DNA from: an uncultured Erysipelotrichaceae bacterium
Lineage (GTDB): Bacteria; Bacillota_I; Bacilli_A; Erysipelotrichales; Erysipelotrichaceae
Direction of reading: 5' to 3'
DNA length: 32,000 nt
NCBI GenBank assembly: GCA_942493105.1
Contig: OW818668.1
Coordinates: forward strand, 1,050,001 to 1,082,000
Part shown: positions 17,523-26,405 of the stretch, one piece after another
Numbering within the stretch: position 1 is the first letter of the stretch
How the letters are laid out: every line of letters starts with the position of its first letter
The notes under the pieces: generated by a model
The model's input: the letters and a program-made list of their open reading frames with translations, nothing else
Database searches by the model: none
Told to the model about the DNA's origin: nothing
Program-made: the position numbers and the translations under genes

Positions 17523-19412
17523 ATGATAATAAAGCTTGGTGAATCCATTGAGTTAATCGATGATGGAAACGAACTGCTATCTTATCAGAAGAATCAAATT
17601 TTGATTTATGGCTTCCAAAAAACCACTAATGGATACAAACTAACAAATGATAAGATTATCGAAACTGTCATAAAACTTAATTCATACCTTAATGATGAGG
17701 GTATTAGTTTTAGTGCACCTGAATCCTTCAAAAAAATTGTTGACGAGAACGAAGCATCTATAAGTTCTTTTGATCAACTTAGGCTAAGGGCTTCAAACTA
17801 TAAAAAGGCAGATTTCGATGATACTGAATTCAAGAGATACATGAGGTTTTGCGATACAAATATACTCAGGAAATTGAAGCCTCACCAACTTAAAGCGTCT
17901 TATCATATGTACACAATTAGGAATGCAGCTAATTTTTCTGTTCCCGGAAGTGGAAAGACTTCGACAGTTTTAACAGCTTATGAAAAAATGAGGGTTGATG
18001 GGTTAGTAAATTGTTTAGTAGTTGTAGGGCCACCATCATCATTCTCCTCATGGAAAAATGAATTTAAATCAACGTTGGGAAGAGAACCCAATATTACTAT
18101 CCTATCTGGAATGAACAAGAAAGAAAGAGTTGATCAATATTTTGATGTTTATTCTCTTGATCGTCTGTTATTGTTGTCATTTCAAACGTACGCCAACGAC
18201 TATCAGTATATTATCAAGTTCCTGCAGCATGAAAAAATTCAGGCTTTTATCGTAATAGATGAAGCTCATTATATGAAACAAATAAATGGGAAATGGGCGA
18301 ATGCTATCTTGAAAACAAGTGATTTTGCGACTGCAAGATGCGTTTTAACAGGGACTCCATGTCCAAGAAGCTACTCAGATTTATTCAACTTATTTGACTT
18401 TATTTGGGGTAAAAATATAGCGATTTCAAATAAAGATAAAGCAGTCGTATTAAGTCTTGAGAAGCGAAAAGACTTTGATAAAGCAAGCGAAATTATCAAA
18501 AGAAATCTGGATCCATTTTTTTATAGAGTCAGAAAGAAGGACTTAGGACTTACAGAGCCATTGTTCATAGATCCAATTGTAATTAGAATGAAGGAACAAG
18601 AACGAAGAGTATATGACAGTATTTTTAAGAAGATATCGGAATTGTCCGCCTTTGATGATCCGAACAATATTGATAGTCTTATAAAACTTAAAAGTGCAAG
18701 AATCATTCGTTTAAGACAGATATTATCTTATACGGGGCTACTTAAGTCAGCCTTTACATCTGATGGTGAAAAACTCATTGATTTAAATGATCTAGAATCT
18801 GTTATTAGTAAATACGATTTAATTGAAATACCGGCAAAAATCGATCACTTATTGTCTCTAGTAAAAGAGATTCGGAAAAAGGATAAAAAGATCCTAATTT
18901 GGTCTAATTTCATTAGTACTATTGACCTAATTAAAAGACAATTGACTGACCAGGGTTATGGTGTACAGTCTATAACCGGGGAAACTCCAGTTGTAGATCA
19001 AATAGATGAAACCATTTTGACAAGGGAAGATATTATTGATGTTTTTCTCGATATGGGAAGTGGAGTTGACTTCTTAGTAGCCAATCCTGGTGCATGTGCT
19101 GAGTCAATTTCATTGCATAAAAGTTGCCACAATGCGATTTATTATGATCTATCCTATAATTGTTCACAATATCTTCAATCACTAGATCGAATTCACCGTG
19201 TTGGAGGTTCTGAAACAATTGTTTCAACATACTATTTTTTGCAATATGCTGACACGATTGACAATGATATATTTCAAAATCTTATCCAGAAAAGGGATAA
19301 AATGTACAAAGTAGTCGAATATGATTCCGATATATATACACTTGATATCGAAGTTTTCGAAGATAGAAATGATGACGACGCTACAGCGTATGACAGGATT
19401 TTTAAGAAATGA
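17523..19412 (+). CDS. SNF2-family SF2 ATPase/translocase (cargo gene 2)
   Basis: Motif I VPGSGKTS, motif II VIDEAHYMK, motif III LTGTPCPRSYSDLFNLFDFIWG, C-terminal helicase lobe ILIWSNF..., motif VI QSLDRIHRVGG. Starts immediately after the upstream stop (TAAATG). Confidence 0.85.
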   Translation: MIIKLGESIELIDDGNELLSYQKNQILIYGFQKTTNGYKLTNDKIIETVIKLNSYLNDEGISFSAPESFKKIVDENEASISSFDQLRLRASNYKKADFDDTEFKRYMRFCDTNILRKLKPHQLKASYHMYTIRNAANFSVPGSGKTSTVLTAYEKMRVDGLVNCLVVVGPPSSFSSWKNEFKSTLGREPNITILSGMNKKERVDQYFDVYSLDRLLLLSFQTYANDYQYIIKFLQHEKIQAFIVIDEAHYMKQINGKWANAILKTSDFATARCVLTGTPCPRSYSDLFNLFDFIWGKNIAISNKDKAVVLSLEKRKDFDKASEIIKRNLDPFFYRVRKKDLGLTEPLFIDPIVIRMKEQERRVYDSIFKKISELSAFDDPNNIDSLIKLKSARIIRLRQILSYTGLLKSAFTSDGEKLIDLNDLESVISKYDLIEIPAKIDHLLSLVKEIRKKDKKILIWSNFISTIDLIKRQLTDQGYGVQSITGETPVVDQIDETILTREDIIDVFLDMGSGVDFLVANPGACAESISLHKSCHNAIYYDLSYNCSQYLQSLDRIHRVGGSETIVSTYYFLQYADTIDNDIFQNLIQKRDKMYKVVEYDSDIYTLDIEVFEDRNDDDATAYDRIFKK

Positions 19413-20311
19413 AACTTTCAAATATAAAAAAACAGCGTATTAATGCTATTGTTGACTTAGTGAAATCTAGCTCATATAAGGACATAGGTAACATAAGGAG
19501 TATTTATGAAATAGATTTTCCATACTTCGAGGAAAATTTAAATTGCTTAATTCTGATTGGCATAATGATAGTTCAAAACAATCATCTTGAGATTTTAGTA
19601 GAAGATTATGATTTCACAGATATTTTAGTTTCTAAAATTGCCGACCCAAAGATTCAAATGGGGAAACTGTCAAGTTTTATTAGCCTATTTGACAATATCG
19701 ATTTCGTTCTATACCCGTCAGAATTCGAGCGAGTTATGTATTATGAAGAACGCACATTTTTGGTTGAATTTGAACTTGTAGAAATCGACAAGTCAGCAAT
19801 TGTAATAATTAATGATTATTTGAAAAAGTTAGTTTCAACTAGAAGGATGACTCTTGTAGAACTGGACAAATTAAATGAAAGGAAGAAGTTATTGGGCCAT
19901 AATGCTGAACTATTTGCATTTCAGTTTGAGATATCTGAAGCTAGTCGGTTCGGTTCAATAATCGATCAAGAAAGGATTAAGATTATTTCTGATGAATGGG
20001 TAAATGCTGGATATGATCTCATAGGGTTTAGTAAAGATGCAGCTAAAATTGGAAAACATATCGAGATTTTCATTGAGGTAAAAGCGGTACATTTGGCATC
20101 ACCAAGATTCTTCTGGAGTACTAATGAGATTGAGGTAGCCAAAACGTATAAGTCACGATACTTCCTATATTTAGTTGATGTTGACGGGTTATCTAAAAAT
20201 AGGTATGATTCAATCGTGATTATTCAGGATCCATTTGTTGCTTTGTTTAATAATGAATCAAAGTGGGAATGGGAATGCGATTCGCTTGTCTTTAAGAAAG
20301 GAGAACATTAA
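19409..20311 (+). CDS. DUF3883-like PD-(D/E)xK nuclease-fold protein with an uncharacterised N-terminal half (cargo gene 3)
   Basis: The C-terminal pattern GHNAELFAFQFE...GYDLIGF...IEVKAV...FFWSTNEIEVA...YFLYLV matches the DUF3883 layout (G..E...E / GYD / IEVK / S.NE / Y.LY.V). ATGA overlap with the SNF2 gene. Confidence 0.6.
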   Translation: MKLSNIKKQRINAIVDLVKSSSYKDIGNIRSIYEIDFPYFEENLNCLILIGIMIVQNNHLEILVEDYDFTDILVSKIADPKIQMGKLSSFISLFDNIDFVLYPSEFERVMYYEERTFLVEFELVEIDKSAIVIINDYLKKLVSTRRMTLVELDKLNERKKLLGHNAELFAFQFEISEASRFGSIIDQERIKIISDEWVNAGYDLIGFSKDAAKIGKHIEIFIEVKAVHLASPRFFWSTNEIEVAKTYKSRYFLYLVDVDGLSKNRYDSIVIIQDPFVALFNNESKWEWECDSLVFKKGEH

Positions 20312-21225
20312 TGCCTAGTAAGTATAAATTCTTCTTAGGTTATTCAGAAAATGTTCTTAAGGATAAGCGAAGTTTTCCTGATGAATCAATAGACTTGATT
20401 GTTACTTCCCCCCCCTATTCAGACAGAAGATCAAATGATTATGGTGGTGTCAAAGCAGATAAATATGTTGAATGGTTCTTGCCCATTTCCAGTGAAATGT
20501 ATCGAGTATTAAAGCCACAGGGATCCCTTATTATCAATATTAAAGAACATGTCGAGGATGGTGAGAGACAAACTTACGTTATTGAACTCATACTTGCAAT
20601 GAAAAAACAAGGATGGAAATGGGTTGATGAATACTGTTGGTATAAGAAAACAGCTTTTCCAGGAAAGTGGCCAAATAGATTTCGTGATTCATTTGAGAGA
20701 TGCCTTCATTTTACTAAAAACAAGAAATTTTTTATGGATCAAGATGCTGTAAAAGTAAAGATCGGTGATTGGGCAGAAAAAAGATTTAAATCTATGTCAG
20801 AAGTTGATTTTATCAATCATGCGTCAAAGAATAATAAGCATCTCAATAGAAAAGTGTCAAATTGGCTTGATAAACAGACTGTATATCCACACAATGTATT
20901 GGTTTTTGAGGAAGAGCACTATCCTACAAATGTACTTGAAATATCTCCTGTAACAACTGATAAGAATCATAGTGCTTGTTTTCCTATTGAGTTACCGGCT
21001 TGGTTCATCATGTTATTATCTCCAGAAGGAGGAATAGTTTTGGACCCATTTTCCGGAATCGGAACTACTGCTCTAGCTGCAGTTCTCCTAAATAGGAATT
21101 TTAAGGGGATTGAAAAGGAAGAAGCCTATAAAAATATATCTGAAGAGAACCTTGCAGATTTAAGTAACTCTCTACTTTTGAAAGAAAAGAAGAAAAAGAA
21201 AACAATCAAGGAAGAGATTATATAG
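20311..21225 (+). CDS. Beta-class DNA methyltransferase, N4-cytosine/N6-adenine family (PF01555-type; cargo gene 4)
   Basis: Motif IV DLIVTSPPYSDRR precedes motif I LDPFSGIGTTALAA (beta permutation). TAATG overlap with the upstream gene. Lys/Glu-rich tail. Confidence 0.85.
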   Translation: MPSKYKFFLGYSENVLKDKRSFPDESIDLIVTSPPYSDRRSNDYGGVKADKYVEWFLPISSEMYRVLKPQGSLIINIKEHVEDGERQTYVIELILAMKKQGWKWVDEYCWYKKTAFPGKWPNRFRDSFERCLHFTKNKKFFMDQDAVKVKIGDWAEKRFKSMSEVDFINHASKNNKHLNRKVSNWLDKQTVYPHNVLVFEEEHYPTNVLEISPVTTDKNHSACFPIELPAWFIMLLSPEGGIVLDPFSGIGTTALAAVLLNRNFKGIEKEEAYKNISEENLADLSNSLLLKEKKKKKTIKEEII

Positions 21226-21341
21226 TAAATTTTTATAAGTGCTTCTTACAAGGTTTTTAGTACAAGATCAGAATCATGTCTAATATCAATAGCATTAACG
21301 TTGAAAAATGTACATAACACTAAAAGATCGGAGTTTCTAGT

Positions 21342-24300
21342 ATGAAACTAGTTGAAGACAGCATTAGGGAAATTCTAACAAGACTACCATCTGAAAACTC
21401 TTGTCTTGATTACAAACAAATCCCGTATAAAAAAGAAAAGTATCATGACCTAATTAAGGATGTTATTTCAATGCTAAATTCTGAAGATGGGTACACTCAA
21501 GATAAATATCTAATTTTTGGCGTAACGGATGCGCATGTGAAAATTGGTTTAAGGATTCCAATGCCAGATGATAGCGAGATTCAAGCTATAATGGACAAAA
21601 TTCGTCCAAGGCCAGAAATTCAGTCAGGTAAACTGATATTTGAGAGTTTGGAATTTGGTTACATTATGATTAACGGTTCCAATAATGAACGAGTTTATGA
21701 AGTCAAGCATACTTATCCTGAACAAACTCACGAAATTCATGAGGGGCAAGCATTCATTAGACGTTGTACATCTACAAGAATAATGAACCAAAGTGACAGA
21801 AGACGAATTGAAAGCATAGCTATCGAAAGTACGCATTTTCTAGCGGGACAATCATTTCTGTATCCTGTTATAGGTAATCCAAGCCAATTTTCGAATATGA
21901 ACCCAATGCTCATTGCCTCTTTAATTGGATCTTGGAATGAAAAAAATCCGAATGACATATTGTTTATTGAATCATTGATTAAAAGCGATTATTTTGTTTG
22001 GACCGTAAATATCCAGACATTACTTACACAAGGGGACAAGAACCTATCTCTAAAGAATGGTGTTTGGAGTGTAAAGAATAGAAATGAAATTATTGCTACA
22101 AACTGTAAAACACTTTTTGACAATCATATTGATTCAATTGTGAGTCAAATCGCAAAATCTCTATCTGTTTCAGATCCACTTTTTGATATTCCAAATGAGG
22201 ATAGACTGATTGCTCAATTGGGTGGATCAGAGACGAGTTTATCTACTGAATTGACTCGAGAGATTGCCAAAACATTAGCGATTTTGTCGAGTAAGAAACA
22301 TATCTTTTCGAACTGTACTGTTGGTAGAGTTAAAGAGGTTATTGATACTGCCGTTTACAGCATACTAAATGAAAAGGATTGGAAGATATGGGAAACAATT
22401 AACTGGAATTTAAAGTATCTAGTTCAGGCATCTCCTGACTCATTTTTTAGAGTTCTCGAAAAGGAGATATCACAGAGTAATAACCAAATAGAGAAACTAT
22501 TTTCTGAAGTCAATGGATCAATTAGCCAACAGTTCTGTGGTTCGGGACTTATTCATGCTTTACAAGTAATTGCGTGGTCAAAAGATTATTTTTCAAGGGC
22601 ATATTTGAATTTGCATCAAATCGATTTATTAATGCCTCATAAGACATCAGATTTGCCTATAAATATTATTCCTTGGAATATTCAAACTGAGGCACCGAAG
22701 GAAACTCGTTATCAATTAATCAACTCAATCTATCGTGAATTTGATAAAGACATATGGAGCTTCATAGAGCCGCTTTTACCAAACCAAACAACAACGGTAA
22801 TCACGATTGAAAAGCCGGAATTCATTCAAGGCAATTATGATATACAGAAAATTACGAATGAGCAATATTGGGATGATGTAAATTTCTATCTTGAAATTGC
22901 GACTAAAATTGCCAAAGGTGTACCAGATTACTTATTGTTCCTCGTAAAGCTTATTGATGAAGTACCTACAGATGGTAGAGAAAAAATACTAAATCTAGTT
23001 GTCGAATGCAATGAATCATTAATTGATGAAAAAGATAGGTTCATCATCTGGGATGAATTACTTAAATTAGTTACTAAGCATCAGAAGTTTTCAGATGCTG
23101 ATTGGGCATTTGATGAGAAAATCTTAAATGAAGTCCTTAAAGTTGCAGAGTTAATTGCACCAAAGGAAGAAGCTATGATAATTTCTAGATATTTTAAGGA
23201 GGAACAATATGAACTAATTGATGATTCAAAGGACTATAGTATCGGCGAGAGAGAATTGTTTCAGAAACAGGTAGATATTGTTGTTGATTTGTATGAAAGG
23301 AAGGGATTCGAAGGCATCAAGAATCTCGTTAAATTCTCTTCTAATAAATTCCTTGTTGGAATTGCATTTGGTCAGACCAGAAGTATTTTAGATAATATTA
23401 CGGATTATACAACTTGGTATAATTCTGATTCAGAATTAAGTTCATTTTCGCAAGGACTTTTATATCAACTTTATAGAAGATTTGGGCAAGAACTAATCAA
23501 CAAAATTGATTACACAATATTATCATGTAGTAAAAAGGTAGACTTTCTAAAGCTACTAGAATTTAATGAACAGACTTGGAAAACTGTTGAAGTCTGGCTT
23601 GGGGAGTCTGTCAATCTTTATTGGGAAAGTGTTTCTGTATTGCGTAAGAATTTTGATAAAACCGAATATGCTATTAGTCAATTATTAAAAGTAAAAAAGT
23701 ATGATAGTATAATCCAAATCATAGCTAATGATATCATTAAGGGCAAACCTGCTGATCTTGAAACCACACTAATTGCACTAGAATTAAGAACATCAGAGAC
23801 ACGAGAAAGTAATACTTTAGTTACATATTATATTCAAAAAATATTCGGATGGTTGCAAAAGAATTGCCCTGATAAATCTAGACTTTCAAAACTTGAATGG
23901 AGATATTTTAACCTTCTTGAAAGTGATGTGAGACCTGTCACACTTTTTACTGAAATATCAAGAGATTCAGAGCTATTTGTAAAGTTTCTGTCTCTTGCTT
24001 TTAGAAGTGAAACAGGACAAACAGATCCAGATCACAATCAAGAAATTGATCCCCAAAATCTTTCGGTTCATGCATGGACCATTTTGAATAAATGGAATCA
24101 AGTTCCAGGCTATAACGAGAACGGGGAATTCTCAAAGGCCCAATTTAATGAATGGTTTGACAAAGTTATCGAACTAAGTTCTCTGAACGGTAGATTAAGA
24201 ATAGCATTAACAATTATTGGAAAAGTGTTGTTTCACACTCCAAAAGACGCTACTGGGCTCTTCATTAATCGTGATATTGCATTAATCATTGATATGAAAG

Positions 24301-24536
24301 AGTATGAGTATTTACGTAATGGTTATATGACAGAGGCAATAAACTCACGAGGTGTTCACTGGGTTGATCCTTCCGGTCAAGAAGACTATAAATTAGAGCA
24401 ATCATGGAAGGATAAGGCTAAGGCCTTAGAGACTATTTGTTGTCTCAGATTTTCAGAGACTGCGAAAATGATCTCAAGTCATTTCAAAGATGAAGGAGAT
24501 AGAAACCGTGCAGAAGCTGTCGAGGAAACTGAGTGA
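21342..24536 (+). CDS. Large (1064 aa) protein with an N-terminal AlbA_2/Schlafen-like domain and a ~900-aa helical region of unknown function
   Basis: The N-terminal pattern ENSCLDYKQ...LIKDVISMLNS...LIFGVTDAHVKIGL...GQAFIRRCTSTRIM fits the AlbA_2 (divergent AAA_4) layout. GGAG RBS. No terminator between it and the methyltransferase gene. Confidence 0.5.
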   Translation: MKLVEDSIREILTRLPSENSCLDYKQIPYKKEKYHDLIKDVISMLNSEDGYTQDKYLIFGVTDAHVKIGLRIPMPDDSEIQAIMDKIRPRPEIQSGKLIFESLEFGYIMINGSNNERVYEVKHTYPEQTHEIHEGQAFIRRCTSTRIMNQSDRRRIESIAIESTHFLAGQSFLYPVIGNPSQFSNMNPMLIASLIGSWNEKNPNDILFIESLIKSDYFVWTVNIQTLLTQGDKNLSLKNGVWSVKNRNEIIATNCKTLFDNHIDSIVSQIAKSLSVSDPLFDIPNEDRLIAQLGGSETSLSTELTREIAKTLAILSSKKHIFSNCTVGRVKEVIDTAVYSILNEKDWKIWETINWNLKYLVQASPDSFFRVLEKEISQSNNQIEKLFSEVNGSISQQFCGSGLIHALQVIAWSKDYFSRAYLNLHQIDLLMPHKTSDLPINIIPWNIQTEAPKETRYQLINSIYREFDKDIWSFIEPLLPNQTTTVITIEKPEFIQGNYDIQKITNEQYWDDVNFYLEIATKIAKGVPDYLLFLVKLIDEVPTDGREKILNLVVECNESLIDEKDRFIIWDELLKLVTKHQKFSDADWAFDEKILNEVLKVAELIAPKEEAMIISRYFKEEQYELIDDSKDYSIGERELFQKQVDIVVDLYERKGFEGIKNLVKFSSNKFLVGIAFGQTRSILDNITDYTTWYNSDSELSSFSQGLLYQLYRRFGQELINKIDYTILSCSKKVDFLKLLEFNEQTWKTVEVWLGESVNLYWESVSVLRKNFDKTEYAISQLLKVKKYDSIIQIIANDIIKGKPADLETTLIALELRTSETRESNTLVTYYIQKIFGWLQKNCPDKSRLSKLEWRYFNLLESDVRPVTLFTEISRDSELFVKFLSLAFRSETGQTDPDHNQEIDPQNLSVHAWTILNKWNQVPGYNENGEFSKAQFNEWFDKVIELSSLNGRLRIALTIIGKVLFHTPKDATGLFINRDIALIIDMKEYEYLRNGYMTEAINSRGVHWVDPSGQEDYKLEQSWKDKAKALETICCLRFSETAKMISSHFKDEGDRNRAEAVEETE

Positions 24537-24559
24537 GTATAGTATAATAATTATAGAGT

Positions 24560-25582
24560 ATGACAAACAAATTTCCTTTCGGCCAATTAGTTACTCTTGA
24601 ATTTCAGAAGGATGAATCTCCAAAAAAGGTGTTTGTTTTAGATTCATTTCCAAGTGCTGTGTATGCGAAATGGGTTATGGATACTGGAACTGTTTACAAC
24701 TTGTTACCAGTAGCTAGTGAGCCGAGTAACCTCTGGTACGGTGATGCAAAAGAAGCCATTCAAATTATTGAGAATATTTCAATCCCTGATGATTTGGGAA
24801 GTTTGTCTTTACCTGATAAGGAAGTAAACGGAATTAAGAACCGGATTATACTTAACAATATATTAAAGCCGATGTATTTCCATCGGTATGATGTCTGGAT
24901 GTGTTACTTGTCCCCAGATTTTAAAATGAATGACAAGCAAAAAAAGCTATTGAAAAAACGTTATGAACCATTGATGAAAAACTTTTGTTTAAATGATGTT
25001 ACTATTCCTTTAGAAAATAGTATAAGTTGCGATAGGAATAGGGTGCTTCAAATCACTAGTGAGCTAATTCAGTCTAGAGCGGATTATTTGATCCTTTTGG
25101 GTGATCTAGCCATTCAGTATTATTTAAGAAACGTTTTCGATTTCAAGTTTAGAAACCTCAGAGATTATTCTGCTAGATGCGGCTATGGGAAGCCATTTAA
25201 AGCTCGTATAGGGTCGAAAGATATTGAAGTAATATTATTAGCGTCACCAAATCAAATCATGGATACAAGTAGAAGAAACGCCTATTGGTACAATGCCCAT
25301 AAGACATGGGAAAATTCTGAAAAAATAGTTGATATGAGAACATCTTATTATTTCATTAAGGATCTTGAACTTGTGGGAAAATGTGATGGGATGACGCCTT
25401 ATATTTATCGAGACAATGAGTGGCAATTTGATTATTTGCTCATGGATAGAATTATTGGATACGATGAAACGGAGCAGAATACCCCATATTGGTGTGGAAA
25501 TTCTGACATTATGAGAACAGTTGAGAGAATATCTAAGGATGATGTGAAGAGAATTTTGGGAGTAAGCTTTAGTTTCTTTTGA
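24560..25582 (+). CDS. Divergent uracil-DNA-glycosylase-superfamily-fold protein with an ~80-aa C-terminal extension (paralog A)
   Basis: The order of blocks mirrors the UDG fold: KKVFVLDSFPSAVYAKW (motif A position), NNILKPMYFHRYDVWMCYLSP, ADYLILLGDLAIQ, EVILLASPNQI (motif B position). Clear paralog of 28400-29179. Confidence 0.45.
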   Translation: MTNKFPFGQLVTLEFQKDESPKKVFVLDSFPSAVYAKWVMDTGTVYNLLPVASEPSNLWYGDAKEAIQIIENISIPDDLGSLSLPDKEVNGIKNRIILNNILKPMYFHRYDVWMCYLSPDFKMNDKQKKLLKKRYEPLMKNFCLNDVTIPLENSISCDRNRVLQITSELIQSRADYLILLGDLAIQYYLRNVFDFKFRNLRDYSARCGYGKPFKARIGSKDIEVILLASPNQIMDTSRRNAYWYNAHKTWENSEKIVDMRTSYYFIKDLELVGKCDGMTPYIYRDNEWQFDYLLMDRIIGYDETEQNTPYWCGNSDIMRTVERISKDDVKRILGVSFSFF

Positions 25583-25699
25583 TATTTGGATAATGTTAAA
25601 ATGCATTTAATATCAAATAGAAAAACCACTTTAAAGGTTTATATCATGGAATCGTATTTATTGAAGTATTGTGTATAATAAATTTAGCGGAGGTAAAAT

Positions 25700-26161
25700 A
25701 TGAGAAAATTCTTCCTGGTGCTATGTGTTCTTTTATTATGTGGATGTAGTGGGGTAAACAATGAACCAAATGATGAAGACCCTGTGGACGAAGATCCTGT
25801 TGATGAAGAACCTGCAAGAGTGGTTTTAGAAGTCCCCAATGCTATCACAATTATTGACGTATTCTATAACAATGAACTAGATGGTAATAAACAGTACTTC
25901 GGCAAATGGGTCAAAACTTCAGCTCTCTTTGATAAAATTGATCACTCTTGGACTGGAGATTTATGGGTCTATTTCGATGCAAAAAACTCAAAGGGTTATT
26001 ATGGTCACTATGGAATTTTGTGTAATGAAATGAGTAAAGAAGAAAAGGCTAAAATCTCCAATTTCGACAAGGGAAAACCAGTTGTTTTTATTGGATTGAA
26101 TCAAGGAATAATTGGTGATAGTAGAATTGAATTTAATAAGTGCGAGTTTCCAGAATATTGA
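25700..26161 (+). CDS. Lipoprotein with an acidic DE(D/E)PV repeat linker, function unknown
   Basis: GGAGG RBS. Signal peptide plus lipobox LLCGCSG. Then NDEDPVDEDPVDEEP and a ~110-aa globular domain. Confidence 0.7.
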   Translation: MRKFFLVLCVLLLCGCSGVNNEPNDEDPVDEDPVDEEPARVVLEVPNAITIIDVFYNNELDGNKQYFGKWVKTSALFDKIDHSWTGDLWVYFDAKNSKGYYGHYGILCNEMSKEEKAKISNFDKGKPVVFIGLNQGIIGDSRIEFNKCEFPEY

Positions 26162-26227
26162 AATGCATCGAAAATTAGTTGTGAACTTATTGTTTGGCTT
26201 ATACTATATGAGATCAACTATATACAG

Positions 26228-26329
26228 TTATGCTTCTGATAAGTTTTCTACCCAACTTAAAAGTTCCTCTGACTCTCCCTTTAGTCCAAGCAGCTGACAA
26301 ATCAATAACATCGAATCAATGTATAACAT
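26228..26329 (-). CDS. Possible 33-aa micro-ORF (MLYIDSMLLICQLLGLKGESEELLSWVENLSEA)
   Basis: Not in the supplied track (too short). GAGGTG RBS 5 nt upstream of the ATG at 26329; TAA at 26228-26230. Confidence 0.2.
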   Translation of the reverse strand: MLYIDSMLLICQLLGLKGESEELLSWVENLSEA

Positions 26330-26405
26330 TTTTCACCTCACTTCTTTGTTCGCACTAATTTATATTATTCCTACATTATTTTTGGTAATTTAGTATGTCT
26401 ATTAC

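Noticed and set aside
16155-25582. Classifying the cargo block as DISARM, BREX or type I/III R-M
   Set aside because: SNF2 plus a methyltransferase recalls DISARM class 1, but DrmA, DrmB (DUF1998) and DrmC (PLD) are absent. There is no PglZ, BrxC or BrxL for BREX, no HsdS/HsdR, and the methyltransferase is a small stand-alone beta-class enzyme rather than a Mod. The block is left unclassified.
26112-26297. 61-aa ORF at the right end of the island
   Set aside because: It overlaps the 3' end of the lipoprotein gene in another frame, has no RBS, and has Ser-rich low-complexity sequence. A 33-aa minus-strand micro-ORF with an RBS (26228-26329) is a slightly better, though still weak, candidate.
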